The notes: generated by a model not told the origin, from the letters alone. DNA of 64,000 bases from Promethearchaeota archaeon (GCA_016840165.1 JAEOSU010000009.1:1-64000), one strand, 5' to 3'; counted from the first letter of the stretch, positions 49,297-59,695 are shown. Numbers and translations: made by a program.

Positions 49297-51045
49297 ATGA
49301 TTAAATACAAATTAGATGATATTCCTCTAGAAGATGATGGCGATTATAAAGTATTAAATTTACCGCCCTTATCAAAGAATGAGATAGATATTATTGATCC
49401 AATTGTTGCTCCCACCTCAGGTCTTAGAATTCAGATTTTAGAGAGCGCTGGTGAGGAGGGATCGAAAGAATACATTTTACCTAAACAGAATCTTTATCTT
49501 TTTTTAAGGGTTTTTAAAGCGATTTGCCATAAATATAAAGAACTAAAAGGAAAAGATAATTTACGAGTTTTAATAGTTACTGATGATCGACCAACTAAAG
49601 ATATCTTACTTAATTATTGTTCCCAAATTTTTTCATATGAAGGATTTGAAATCTATTTTCAAACCGATGAGGAAACAAAGTCGCGAATTTCCTCTCCATA
49701 TGGAGCTGCTTCCGTTGCCTTGATTGAGAATATCAAATTAGTTATAGTTCTAACTGCTTCCCATAATGATTTATCTTGGAATGGGATAAAATTTTATATT
49801 GATTATCCTATACCGATCTCGGGAGATTTATTTAAAGATATTTCTCAAATGGCATTGAGTTATAATGAAATTAAATTGAATCCTTCTTTCAAACCAACCT
49901 TAATCGATGCGGAGCAAATGAATAATGAATACGTAATCAATTTACTAACTAATGTATTAGAAATTAAAAGCCTTATTAATAAAGACATTGTAATTTGGCC
50001 ATATTTAGGAAAAGCGAGAGGAATTGTAAACCTTTTCACTCAGCTAGGAGCAAATGTACATTTAATTGAGGAAGAAATAAATCCTCCAAATCCCATTAAG
50101 GAGATTCGTGAAGACAGGCTCCAAAAAGAAATGAAGGATACAAACTCTGACATAGCTCTATTATTAGATGCAGATAGGGACAGAATTGCACTTTATGTTA
50201 ATCAAGACGGGAAATATTTTACTTACATTCCAAATGAAATATATTCTGCGATGCACAATATCTTAGCAAAAGAATTTAATAAGAAAGTAATAAATGTAAG
50301 AACTATACCAAGTGATTTAAGAGGTGATAGCTCAAGCTTCTTAAACATTCTGACCGGAGTAGGTTATAAACACCTAGGGATAATTTTATATTTTCTTTTT
50401 GATATAGAGGTTGATCAATCTAAAATTGATGGTGCAATTCTTTATATTGAAGGAGAGCATAAAGAACTGATAAAAATTAACAATGCTATTCCTTTAAAGG
50501 AACGTATAATAAAATTAATGGAAAAGAATCAATTAATTGATCAACAGTTTCTGATTGTAATGTGGGAAGAATCAGGAGGCCATACATTAAATATTTTAAA
50601 CGTATCCAAGCAAAAAGGCACCAACAATTATTCGTTCAGAACCAACTTCCCTCTTATAGCAGATAAATATCCTGTACCTGCTTTAGTACTTGCTACAGAG
50701 TTATTTGCAAGAGGATATCGTATCTCAGAATCGATCGACTGGTCAATAGTAGGAATCAATAAAACAATGCATGCAGATGACAAGGAAAAAGTAAAAATCA
50801 TGAAGAATTTTGAAAAAAATGATGGAAACCAAGTTTCTATTGGAAATATCAAATATTCAGTAGAAGCCTTATCAGATAATATTAATAATATTGATATATA
50901 CCGCTTAAAGAGTCAAGATTCACTGCTTTACTTTCGTCCTTCAGGAACGGGTCCCGACGTTAGATTTTACATTTTCGCGAACCGGGAGAAATATCAAGAA
51001 GAGATTAATAAGGTTATGCATTTTGTAAAAAATTATTATGTTTAA
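49297..51045 (+). CDS. Phosphohexomutase (PGM/PMM) superfamily protein, divergent
   Basis: TSGLR, TASHN (phospho-Ser), NGIK, DADRDR, TGVGYK, EESGG, RPSGT.P..R.Y. Confidence 0.82.
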   Translation: MIKYKLDDIPLEDDGDYKVLNLPPLSKNEIDIIDPIVAPTSGLRIQILESAGEEGSKEYILPKQNLYLFLRVFKAICHKYKELKGKDNLRVLIVTDDRPTKDILLNYCSQIFSYEGFEIYFQTDEETKSRISSPYGAASVALIENIKLVIVLTASHNDLSWNGIKFYIDYPIPISGDLFKDISQMALSYNEIKLNPSFKPTLIDAEQMNNEYVINLLTNVLEIKSLINKDIVIWPYLGKARGIVNLFTQLGANVHLIEEEINPPNPIKEIREDRLQKEMKDTNSDIALLLDADRDRIALYVNQDGKYFTYIPNEIYSAMHNILAKEFNKKVINVRTIPSDLRGDSSSFLNILTGVGYKHLGIILYFLFDIEVDQSKIDGAILYIEGEHKELIKINNAIPLKERIIKLMEKNQLIDQQFLIVMWEESGGHTLNILNVSKQKGTNNYSFRTNFPLIADKYPVPALVLATELFARGYRISESIDWSIVGINKTMHADDKEKVKIMKNFEKNDGNQVSIGNIKYSVEALSDNINNIDIYRLKSQDSLLYFRPSGTGPDVRFYIFANREKYQEEINKVMHFVKNYYV

Positions 51046-51078
51046 AATAAATGTCTTTAAATCATTAAACTCCAACTT

Positions 51079-52725
51079 TTATTCTTTTTGGATAATACCA
51101 GGAATTATAATATTATTTCTTTCAATACGTAGAATTCCCTTACTTTGAAGATCTTTCATGATAGAAAGTACTTTTTCTTCATCCCAGCCTAAACCCTTGA
51201 TGAAATCTTCCTTATTCATTGGTTTTTTGTCCAATGCAAAAGTAATAAAGTCCTTTTCGGATTTCTCCAATTTGATTTCTTTAAATGTAATAAATTGGTG
51301 GTCCATTAATTTAAATGTATTGTGAATCATCTTTAACTTATTCAATTTTACAATCGTTTCTTGAATGAGATCTTCTGAGGCATCTTCAATGTCTCCTTTA
51401 ATAAAATTTGAGATTTTTTCATATTGAACAAGCCCGCCATTCAATAAGGAGTATTTTTCATGAAAGCTTAAAATGGTTTGAGAGATAAGTTTTTTCAAAT
51501 CGCTTTCAGAGATTTCTTCTGGAGATTCTTCATAGATTGCTCTAATCTTTTTTAATTCTGCGATGTTTTTTACTTGAGGTTTACTTTTAAATTTAATCTG
51601 GGGTGATTCTTCAACATCAGGTTTTAGATCTTTTTCACTTTCTATAATGTAATCTTTTTTTTCCTCTTTTTCTTCTTTGATGCTGGGCTCTTCTCCCACA
51701 TCCTTTAGCTTATCATGTAGACGGAGCTCAAAAGCTTCTTTTTTCTTCTTTTTTTCTTCTTTTCTTAATCGGTTTTTTTCATCAAATTTTGAAATACTCA
51801 TGTTCCACTTAATTCGTTCTTCCTCCGAACCAAAACCTTCTACAATTATTCTGTCATCTGTAATCGAGGCAATATCCTTGCTAAATAACTCATTTAAGAC
51901 CTTACTAGCATAACTAAAATCCCATTCTGTTTTCTTTAATAAATCTTCAATAGTAAGAGTCTCTTCATCATAGGCAAAAGTAAGAATTACCTTTTCAGGA
52001 TTTGAAAAATCGTATTTCTCATTAGTTAGTATGATTATATATAATTTTGGATTTATTTCAATAAAATCTGTGATAAGCTCAGTTTCTTTCATAAGATTTA
52101 AAATCGGTAAAAAATCATCATCTTTAATATTTTTAATCTCTTTTATAGCATGATATTTAAGTCGTTGAATCGGAATAATTTTATAATTTAATAATTGCTG
52201 CTCTTCAATAATCTGCTGAAATTTCCTCGTAATTTTATCATAAAACATGCCTATCCCCACATCTGCTTTTTTTGGCTCTGATAGATAATATTCCTTGTCC
52301 AATGATTCGAGAGTGTCTATGGATTCTTTAAGGTTTTCCATATCTACGTGTAATTCCTCTTCTGTCTTTGGCATTGCGGAGCCAAACTCAGCAGAATGAA
52401 TAAGATATTCTTTTTCCGCTTGTTCGATAATAAGAGATTCATCGACTACTAAACTATCTTGACTTTTAGCAGCTTTAACCTTTTTCTCAATTTCCCGTTC
52501 TAAAGATTTTTCAGTTTCTCGGATAATGTTAGAAATTTGGTCTAATTTTTCCCTCATTTCACTTCTTTTCTCCTCAGGTATATATTTATCGATCTGGATG
52601 TCCAACTTAGTTTGCTCTTTTACCATTTCAATTTTACTGAGATATAATCTATACCAAAAGGTTAAAAGAATATAAAATACCAGAAATAAAATAGATATGG
52701 TGATTGCGAAAAAGATCTGACTCAT
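51079..52725 (-). CDS. N-terminally membrane-anchored protein with coiled coil and two EAP30/Vps22-like (ESCRT-II) tandem winged-helix modules
   Basis: TM aa 4-25. Module 1: VGIGMFYDKI...LTIEDL.KKTEWD..YA..VL.EL. Module 2: NGGLVQYEKI...ASED.I...I.KL...MNKEDF..GLGWDEEKV...M.DLQSKG. Confidence 0.65.
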   Translation of the reverse strand: MSQIFFAITISILFLVFYILLTFWYRLYLSKIEMVKEQTKLDIQIDKYIPEEKRSEMREKLDQISNIIRETEKSLEREIEKKVKAAKSQDSLVVDESLIIEQAEKEYLIHSAEFGSAMPKTEEELHVDMENLKESIDTLESLDKEYYLSEPKKADVGIGMFYDKITRKFQQIIEEQQLLNYKIIPIQRLKYHAIKEIKNIKDDDFLPILNLMKETELITDFIEINPKLYIIILTNEKYDFSNPEKVILTFAYDEETLTIEDLLKKTEWDFSYASKVLNELFSKDIASITDDRIIVEGFGSEEERIKWNMSISKFDEKNRLRKEEKKKKKEAFELRLHDKLKDVGEEPSIKEEKEEKKDYIIESEKDLKPDVEESPQIKFKSKPQVKNIAELKKIRAIYEESPEEISESDLKKLISQTILSFHEKYSLLNGGLVQYEKISNFIKGDIEDASEDLIQETIVKLNKLKMIHNTFKLMDHQFITFKEIKLEKSEKDFITFALDKKPMNKEDFIKGLGWDEEKVLSIMKDLQSKGILRIERNNIIIPGIIQKE

Positions 52726-52896
52726 AATCCATCGATTTAGATTAGCTTAAATGGTTATTCTTAAGTAAATTATGAATCTTCACATTAAAATAATTTTACG
52801 ATTTTTTCAATGGTAGATGATATTAAAGATTTAATTGCAATAAATAATTTGACTACATATAATTATTCTTTCACTTAAGTTAATTGTAAAACTAAG

Positions 52897-54177
52897 TTGA
52901 CTAAAATGAAAATGCAAGAGAAAATAATTGATGATGAAATCCTTCAGAAAATGACATTGGAAAATGTCTTCAAAATTTTTAATGATAATGTCTTTCCAAT
53001 GCTCAATGAGGAGGATAAAGACTATTGTAAGGAGCTTCAAGAATTTTGCTTAGAATTACATCCTAAAATCGATAAATCTCAAGATGTTTATATCCTATTC
53101 CCTGAACTGGGTAAGCATGGTTATTTACAACGTATTAATAAATGGAGAGATTTTGAACCATTCGGAATGAAAAAGGAAATTTTACTTGGAACCCATCTCT
53201 CATTACTAGATCCTCAACTTGAACTTGCAAGATTAGCAAGTGGAATCTTATGTGGGAATCCTACCTTTCATTACTACACTCATGGAGGTACTGGAGGTAC
53301 AATTCAAAAAGTTCAAGATGAATTGATGTCGGGACAAAAGATTGGATGTATCGGAATCACTGAACCTAATCGCGGTTCTGATGCGGTAAATTTAACTACA
53401 ATTGCCACTAAAACTGAGGAGGGAGTCATTTATAATGGTGAGAAAGTATATACAACAAATGGACCAAAAGCAGACTATTTCTGTGCTTATGCGGTCTATG
53501 ATGAAGCACAACCACGAGATACCATGGTACAGGCAATGATTAAACGCGAATTTGGAGTGAAAACTGAACGCTTGAAAATTAATTCCGTACCTCGTGTGCA
53601 TATTGCGCATACCTTGTTCGATAACGTTAGAATTCCAAAAGAATATATTATAGCGGATGATGGACTTGGATATGTACGGCTGTTTGAGGGTTTAGTCCCT
53701 GAGAGACTTTCAATTATGGGGAGTGGAGTCGGAATTTGTTGGTCAGGTTTAATATATGGTATGATTTATACCAATCTCAGAAAGCAATTTGGTAAACCTG
53801 TTATTAGATATCAAGGAGTAGGTTATGGTTTAGCAGATTTACTGACTAAAACAAATGCTGCTACTGCGTTAGCTCTCCAAGCAGCGTCGGTTTATGATGA
53901 AAGAATCTTATTTGCAGATAAATCCTCTGAAGGAAGATCAGCTGCCGAGAAGTGGGTGGCCTCTATCTCTTCCCAAGGAAAGTATTTTCTTTCTAAATTA
54001 ACTCATGATGTCTGCTATGAAGTCCAGCAGCATATGGGTGGAGTCAGTGTGACTGATAATACTCCTTTAGATGAATTAACGGATATAAGCAAAATCGAAG
54101 AGGTTATTGGCGGAGCTAGAAATATACAACTACTTTTAATTCAATCCCAGATTCAAAGATTTATGAGACTATTATAA
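52897..54177 (+). CDS. Acyl-CoA dehydrogenase family protein
   Basis: ITEPNRGSDA, NGEKVYTTNG, FDNVRIP, ERL, RKQFGKP...YQ, QHMGG, E.IGG..NIQ. Confidence 0.9.
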   Translation: MTKMKMQEKIIDDEILQKMTLENVFKIFNDNVFPMLNEEDKDYCKELQEFCLELHPKIDKSQDVYILFPELGKHGYLQRINKWRDFEPFGMKKEILLGTHLSLLDPQLELARLASGILCGNPTFHYYTHGGTGGTIQKVQDELMSGQKIGCIGITEPNRGSDAVNLTTIATKTEEGVIYNGEKVYTTNGPKADYFCAYAVYDEAQPRDTMVQAMIKREFGVKTERLKINSVPRVHIAHTLFDNVRIPKEYIIADDGLGYVRLFEGLVPERLSIMGSGVGICWSGLIYGMIYTNLRKQFGKPVIRYQGVGYGLADLLTKTNAATALALQAASVYDERILFADKSSEGRSAAEKWVASISSQGKYFLSKLTHDVCYEVQQHMGGVSVTDNTPLDELTDISKIEEVIGGARNIQLLLIQSQIQRFMRLL

Positions 54178-54401
54178 ATCTTTTTTATTTTCTTTTTAGT
54201 ATTATCTTTAAGACTTTAATATACTTTTTTATAATAATCTTTTTCATTAAAAGAATCTTTTAATATATCTCAACTTTTGATATTATTAGAGAGGAATGAT
54301 TTGAAATAATGAAGAATATCATATCTAAATATTAAATCTTAGGATTATGGTTATTTTCCAGAACTCTGAGATAAAAAATCAAAAGCTATATAAAATTAAA
54401 A

Positions 54402-54465
54402 TTATCCTAATTAAGTATAACTAAAAGGTTTAAATATAACTTTTAACAATAATATATTAGGATAA
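54402..54465 (+). promoter_or_regulatory. Putative feoAB promoter (BRE/TATA) bracketed by a 10-bp inverted repeat; possible metal-repressor operator
   Basis: ttatcctaat (54402-54411) and attaggataa (54456-54465) flank aaaaggTTTAAATA; imperfect palindrome ttaagtataactaa at 54411-54424. Confidence 0.35.
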
Positions 54466-54501
54466 AATATTTTTTTTTAACTATTAACATGAAAAAATCT
54501 T

Positions 54502-54804
54502 ATGAGTGTTATGAAAGTTAATCATGAAAAACGCTCAAACTCTGAACCTGTAAGTCTAATTAAATGCTTAACAGAATGTGGTAGAGGAGAGGAAGTAGAG
54601 GTAGTAAGCGTTAATGCGGGCATTAATGCAAGAAGAAGATTATACAATCTAGGCATTTATCCAGGTTCAATTATTATTAAAAAGCAGGGTGCTCCTTTTA
54701 GAGGGCCATTACAGGTTATTGTTAAAGGGACAAATATAGTTTTAGGGCGGGGATTGGCGGCGAAAATCTTTGTTAGATGCGGAACCTCGTGCACATTTGA
54801 TTAA
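54502..54804 (+). CDS. feoA: Ferrous iron transport protein A
   Basis: RRL..LGI.PG, APF.GP..V.V.G..I.LGRG.A.KI; directly upstream of feoB. Confidence 0.9.
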   Translation: MSVMKVNHEKRSNSEPVSLIKCLTECGRGEEVEVVSVNAGINARRRLYNLGIYPGSIIIKKQGAPFRGPLQVIVKGTNIVLGRGLAAKIFVRCGTSCTFD

Positions 54805-54875
54805 GCTCTCAAAATTTTATTTACTTATTTATGAATTTTTAAATCTAATAGCAAGTTTATACCAGAGGAATAAAT

Positions 54876-56939
54876 GTGAGTTTTCATAGACCTAGAAAAA
54901 ATAATTATAAAAAAGATGATTGTGAATCTAAAACAACAATAAATATTGCTTTAGCTGGCAATCCGAATGTAGGAAAATCTGTAATTTTTAATCAATTAAC
55001 GGGATTAAGCCAGACGATAGGGAACTGGCCCGGAAAAACCGTAGAGAAATTAGAAGGACACTTAAACTTTCTGGGATATCACTTTAATATTGTAGATTTA
55101 CCTGGGATCTATTCCTTGTCCACCTATTCTTTGGAAGAAATAGTAAGTCGGGAATATATTGTTTCTAATGATGTCGATCTCATTATAAATGTGATTGATG
55201 CCACTAATTTGGAAAGAAATCTCTTTCTCACATTTCAACTACTTGAGTTAAAAGTTCCAATAATTTTAGCAATGAATCAAATGGATATCTTACGTAAAAG
55301 AAATATAGAACTTGATTTCGAGAAATTAGAGAAAATATTTAAAGCTCCAGTACTTCCAGTCGTGGCAGTACACGGTATAGGGGTACATGAGTTATTAGAG
55401 CAGACTATTGATATTATTGAAACTAATCCAAATTTTAAAATCAACTTCCCCGATTTAACAGAGATCTCTTCTTTTGGGAAAGAAATCGAAACAAAAATTC
55501 AAATATTGATTTCTGAATTCAAAAATAATTACCCTCGCATTATGGCTTACAATTATCCAGCACGTTTCCTAGCGATAAAAATGCTTGAAAAAGACGAGGA
55601 GATCTTAAAAATAATTAATGATATTGAAAAAGTTAAACCACTACTTGATATTACAAACCAGTTCATTGAAGAATTAGAAGATTATCATGGTGAGGATATA
55701 AATTCAATAATTTCCTCGGAAATTTACAACAATATCCATCAAATAATAGACAAAGTAATGAAATTCAAAACTAAAAAACAGATGATGCGCAGAAATCTAA
55801 CAGATAAGATTGATCATCTTACAACCCATTCGTTTTGGGGCTATATTGTTCTGATATTAGTGGTAATTGGAATTTATGCCTTTACTTTTTCAATCGGAGG
55901 CTTTTTAGGAACAATAATAGATGATTTTTTTTCATTGTGGACGGAAAATATCTATCTATTATTTGGTGAGGAAAATTTTCTAGTGAAGTTATTGTGGGAT
56001 GGGGGAGTTGGAGGTTTTATGGGTGCAGTCGCAGGGGTACTGGTTTATGTGATTCCATTTTTTTTTACTATTGAAATCCTACAAGATTCTGGCTATTTAC
56101 CCCGAGCGGCATTTCTAATGGACAAAGTTATGCATGTATTAGGAGTTCACGGAAAAACGGTAATTACGATGATTCTTGGATTTGGATGTAATGTGCCAGC
56201 ATGTGCTGGATGTCGAATCATGGAAACTGAACGAGAAAAAAAGATTTCTATCGCACTTACATCATTAATTCCATGCGCTGCAGTCATGGCGGTAGTTTTA
56301 GGGTTAGTAGGACGTTATTTAGGAGTAGGTTGGGTAATAGTGTTGTTTATAATAAATTTTATGGTAATTCTCATCGTAGGGAGAATCTTAAATAAAACTT
56401 TGCCCGGAACTTGTACAGAATTAATTATGGAAATGCATGAATATCGGAAACCTAATTATAAAGTAATTCTGAAACAAACTTGGTTAAGAAGCAGGGAATT
56501 TATATTTAAAGCACTTCCAATCATCATTATATTCGGGATATCCTTGGAGATTGTCCTTATCCTTAATGTTTTAGAACCAATTAACTTTATATTATCGCCT
56601 ATCACTGTTTTCTGGTTAGGTTTACCTTCGATAACGGGCGTATTTTTAATATATGGTATAATAAGAAAGGAACTAACGTTAGTCCTTTTGGTGCTATTTG
56701 CTGAGAGTATTGGGAAAACTTTAGATCCTTTATTAAATCCTTTATTATCTCCAGCGCAAATGATCATTTTTAGCTTAGTAACTATGCTTTACATTCCTTG
56801 TTTTGCGACTATTATTGTTATAGCGAAGCAAACAAGTTGGAAATATGCAATTCAAATCGCTCTACTAGAAATATCGCTCGCTTTGCTAATTGGAGGGGTG
56901 TTAAACTTTAGTTTAGGGTTTATCACTGGCATTTTATAA
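54876..56939 (+). CDS. feoB: Ferrous iron transport protein B
   Basis: GNPNVGKS.IFN.LTG, GNWPGKTVE, DLPG.YSL, DATNLERNL, DSGYL.RAAF.MD, GFGCNVPA, LYIPC.AT. Confidence 0.95.
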   Translation: MSFHRPRKNNYKKDDCESKTTINIALAGNPNVGKSVIFNQLTGLSQTIGNWPGKTVEKLEGHLNFLGYHFNIVDLPGIYSLSTYSLEEIVSREYIVSNDVDLIINVIDATNLERNLFLTFQLLELKVPIILAMNQMDILRKRNIELDFEKLEKIFKAPVLPVVAVHGIGVHELLEQTIDIIETNPNFKINFPDLTEISSFGKEIETKIQILISEFKNNYPRIMAYNYPARFLAIKMLEKDEEILKIINDIEKVKPLLDITNQFIEELEDYHGEDINSIISSEIYNNIHQIIDKVMKFKTKKQMMRRNLTDKIDHLTTHSFWGYIVLILVVIGIYAFTFSIGGFLGTIIDDFFSLWTENIYLLFGEENFLVKLLWDGGVGGFMGAVAGVLVYVIPFFFTIEILQDSGYLPRAAFLMDKVMHVLGVHGKTVITMILGFGCNVPACAGCRIMETEREKKISIALTSLIPCAAVMAVVLGLVGRYLGVGWVIVLFIINFMVILIVGRILNKTLPGTCTELIMEMHEYRKPNYKVILKQTWLRSREFIFKALPIIIIFGISLEIVLILNVLEPINFILSPITVFWLGLPSITGVFLIYGIIRKELTLVLLVLFAESIGKTLDPLLNPLLSPAQMIIFSLVTMLYIPCFATIIVIAKQTSWKYAIQIALLEISLALLIGGVLNFSLGFITGIL

Positions 56940-56995
56940 TGCCGCATTAAAGAGGAGTAGAAAATCTTTTTAAATTAAATATTTTTGTAAATTCT

Positions 56996-57370
56996 TTAAA
57001 ACCACATAGTTGCATCTGCTTCTAAGGCAAGATCATTAAGGGTTGCTGCTCCAACGATTTTCATACCCGGGATTAATTCTACTTGTTCCCACCCTAACAT
57101 CCTTTTTGAAGCTTCACACACTAATATCTTCACACCTGCTTTAAGCGTCTTATCAATCATTTCCCTTACTGAAGGAAAATTTCCTAATTTAATTTTCTCA
57201 GCTTCTCCTGGTTTTAGCATTTTTAAGCCCATACCTAAATAATAGACAATTGCATCTAAATCCATTGCTTTTGCCGTTTGAGCTAATACAAGGGGCGAGT
57301 ATTGTCTTGCAGGATCATCGCTCGTTTGAACATATAAAATTGTTTTTTTTTCATTTGCCATTTTATTCAA
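56996..57370 (-). CDS. DsrE/DsrF-like family protein
   Basis: LA..A.AMD.D, G.KILVC..S, IVGAA; typical size. Confidence 0.8.
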   Translation of the reverse strand: MNKMANEKKTILYVQTSDDPARQYSPLVLAQTAKAMDLDAIVYYLGMGLKMLKPGEAEKIKLGNFPSVREMIDKTLKAGVKILVCEASKRMLGWEQVELIPGMKIVGAATLNDLALEADATMWF

Positions 57371-57654
57371 CTTTATCTATTAATTTCTTAAATTTTCTTA
57401 TTTATTTTTTTTTAGTAAATATTCATTAGAATAAATCAATAAGGTTGTGTATAAATATTTGGCTTACTATTTATCTACTCAAAATTAGATTTTAATTATT
57501 ATAATTGCCCTAATTCACTAATAAATTTATATATTATAAATTCACGAAGAAAAACATAAATCAAATAACACTAAACCGCGGGGCTCATGATATTAAATTG
57601 GGACAAAAATCTTTTTAATAATTAATCATATAAAAAGAGCGAATAGCGGTTTAT

Positions 57655-58968
57655 ATGCCATCAATTGTTGAGAAAATACGAGTTCTGGGGGCTGCTGGTA
57701 AATATGACATATGTGCTTCAAGTAGCTGCTATACTCATTCAAACAACTGGTCAAACAATCTTCAATGTTATTCTAAATCACAAAATTCTAGTAAAGATCA
57801 ATCTAAAAAGGATAATTTATATTTTGGTTCAATGCTTTCGGGTGGAATATGTCATAGTTTTACACCAGATGGTAGATGCGTTTCATTATTTAAAGTTTTA
57901 TTTTCAAACGCATGCTCATTTAATTGTAAATATTGTTTCAATAAAATTAGCAAGAAAAAAATGAGTCTTACACCAGATGAATATGTAAAAGCCTTTATGC
58001 ATTTATATTTAGGCAATTATGTAGAGGGGATGTTTCTATCATCCGGGATTACAAAAAACTCAGATGATACGATGGAAAAGATGCTTGAAGCAGTAAAAAT
58101 ATTACGTAATCAATATAATTATCGAGGATATATTCATTTTAAATGCCTACCTGGTGCTTCCAAAGATGTAATTAAAGAAGCAGCTCATTATGTTGATCGT
58201 ATGAGCGTAAATGTTGAATCTCCAACTGAAGGACACTTATCTGAAATTGCAGATCAAAAATCATATAAAACCGATATTTTAAAACGACAGGAATGGATAA
58301 GGGATCTTTCTGGAAAGAAATTTGATGATTGGGAGCAGGTGGATAAAATAAATACTTTTAATGATAATATAATTGACCAAGAATCTCCCATAGATGATGA
58401 AGAGAAGTATCGAAATGCAAAGTATATCCCATCTGGACAAACTACTCAATTTGTTGTTGGAGCTGCTGATGAAACCGATTGGGATATATTAAAAAGATTA
58501 TACTGGGAATATAAAACTATTAAATTAAAAAGAGGATACTTTTCCGCATTTTCACCAATTCAAGGTACCGAATTAGGAAAAAAAGAAGCAACCCCCCTAT
58601 TAAGAGAACATAGATTATATCAAACAGATTGGTTAATGCGATTATACAAAATTCCGATTAGTGATATTAAGGACATATTAACCGAATCTTCTAATTTACC
58701 TCGTCAGGATCCTAAAATATTTCTTGCCCGTAATTATTTCGATAAAAGAGGACCACTCGATATAAATAACCTTTCCTATAGTGAGATTCTGAAAATTCCA
58801 GGTATTGGGTTAACATCAGCACATAGGATTATGAAATTACGAAAAGAAGGCATAAAAATTACCAAAAGAACCCAATTAAAAAATATTGGCGTGGTATTGA
58901 AGAGAGCAGAGCCTTTTCTTAGAATTGGAAACTCCTATCAAGCGAATATGATAAATTATTTACATTAA
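57655..58968 (+). CDS. Putative DNA modification/repair radical SAM protein with C-terminal HhH (TIGR03916-like)
   Basis: KYDIC.SS, GICHSFTPDGRCVSL.K, CSFNCKYC, GMFLSSG, GYIH.K, GQTTQ, R.YFSAF.P, REHRLYQ.DWL.R.Y, IPGIG..SA. Confidence 0.9.
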   Translation: MPSIVEKIRVLGAAGKYDICASSSCYTHSNNWSNNLQCYSKSQNSSKDQSKKDNLYFGSMLSGGICHSFTPDGRCVSLFKVLFSNACSFNCKYCFNKISKKKMSLTPDEYVKAFMHLYLGNYVEGMFLSSGITKNSDDTMEKMLEAVKILRNQYNYRGYIHFKCLPGASKDVIKEAAHYVDRMSVNVESPTEGHLSEIADQKSYKTDILKRQEWIRDLSGKKFDDWEQVDKINTFNDNIIDQESPIDDEEKYRNAKYIPSGQTTQFVVGAADETDWDILKRLYWEYKTIKLKRGYFSAFSPIQGTELGKKEATPLLREHRLYQTDWLMRLYKIPISDIKDILTESSNLPRQDPKIFLARNYFDKRGPLDINNLSYSEILKIPGIGLTSAHRIMKLRKEGIKITKRTQLKNIGVVLKRAEPFLRIGNSYQANMINYLH

Positions 58969-58974
58969 AAGAAA

Positions 58975-59694
58975 TTGGAGAAAAAAAGTGGTATTATGTT
59001 TAATATGAGAAAAAGTAAGATTTGTTTTATGGTACCACGAAATCATGAATATCTTAATTATTCTTTGAAGGACCAGAAAAAAATTTTAAATGAAATAGAG
59101 GACCTTCCACAGGCAGTTTTAGAAAGTAATGTTACCTCAAATGCAAAGCGATATTATCGTATGGCACGAGCAGTCTCTAGGGAAATTCATTATCATAAAA
59201 TGTTTACACGTCTTAAAATTGAAGGAAATGCAGTATTATCAGGGACAATTCAACCAGAACATGAAATAGAAGATATTATCCTAAAGTTTTTTTATCACCG
59301 CTTTCCTAAGTTTATTATCATTTTAAAATCAACAAGAAAAAAAAGAAATTATTTTATTGCTCCAAAAGAGTTAAAAGAATCTGTAAATAAAAAAGAAATT
59401 TCGGTTAAAATTGAACGTGATTATATTGTTGGTAACACTACAATTAATTTAGAAACTCTTCTTTCAATTTTTTTACCATTAGTAGAAAGCAATTTACTTT
59501 TTAAGGAGATATTAGACACTGACTTAGATCTAAATAGATTATTCAAGGAGTTTTATGATTCTCAATACATCGATTCGAGGGAAAATTACACTCTTTTTTT
59601 CCAGAACATGCCAAAAAAATATCAAAAAAAAAAAGATATGGTAGTAGAGAAAACATTTCGCACCAAAACACTTGATAAATTTCTGAATGAGTGA
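58975..59694 (+). CDS. DUF4130 / TIGR03915-like partner of the radical SAM protein
   Basis: V.RE.H....F.R, I.PEH.I, F..RFP, FY.S..I..REN...F..NMPKKY; 6 bp downstream of the radical SAM gene. Confidence 0.8.
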   Translation: MEKKSGIMFNMRKSKICFMVPRNHEYLNYSLKDQKKILNEIEDLPQAVLESNVTSNAKRYYRMARAVSREIHYHKMFTRLKIEGNAVLSGTIQPEHEIEDIILKFFYHRFPKFIIILKSTRKKRNYFIAPKELKESVNKKEISVKIERDYIVGNTTINLETLLSIFLPLVESNLLFKEILDTDLDLNRLFKEFYDSQYIDSRENYTLFFQNMPKKYQKKKDMVVEKTFRTKTLDKFLNE

Positions 59695-59695
59695 T

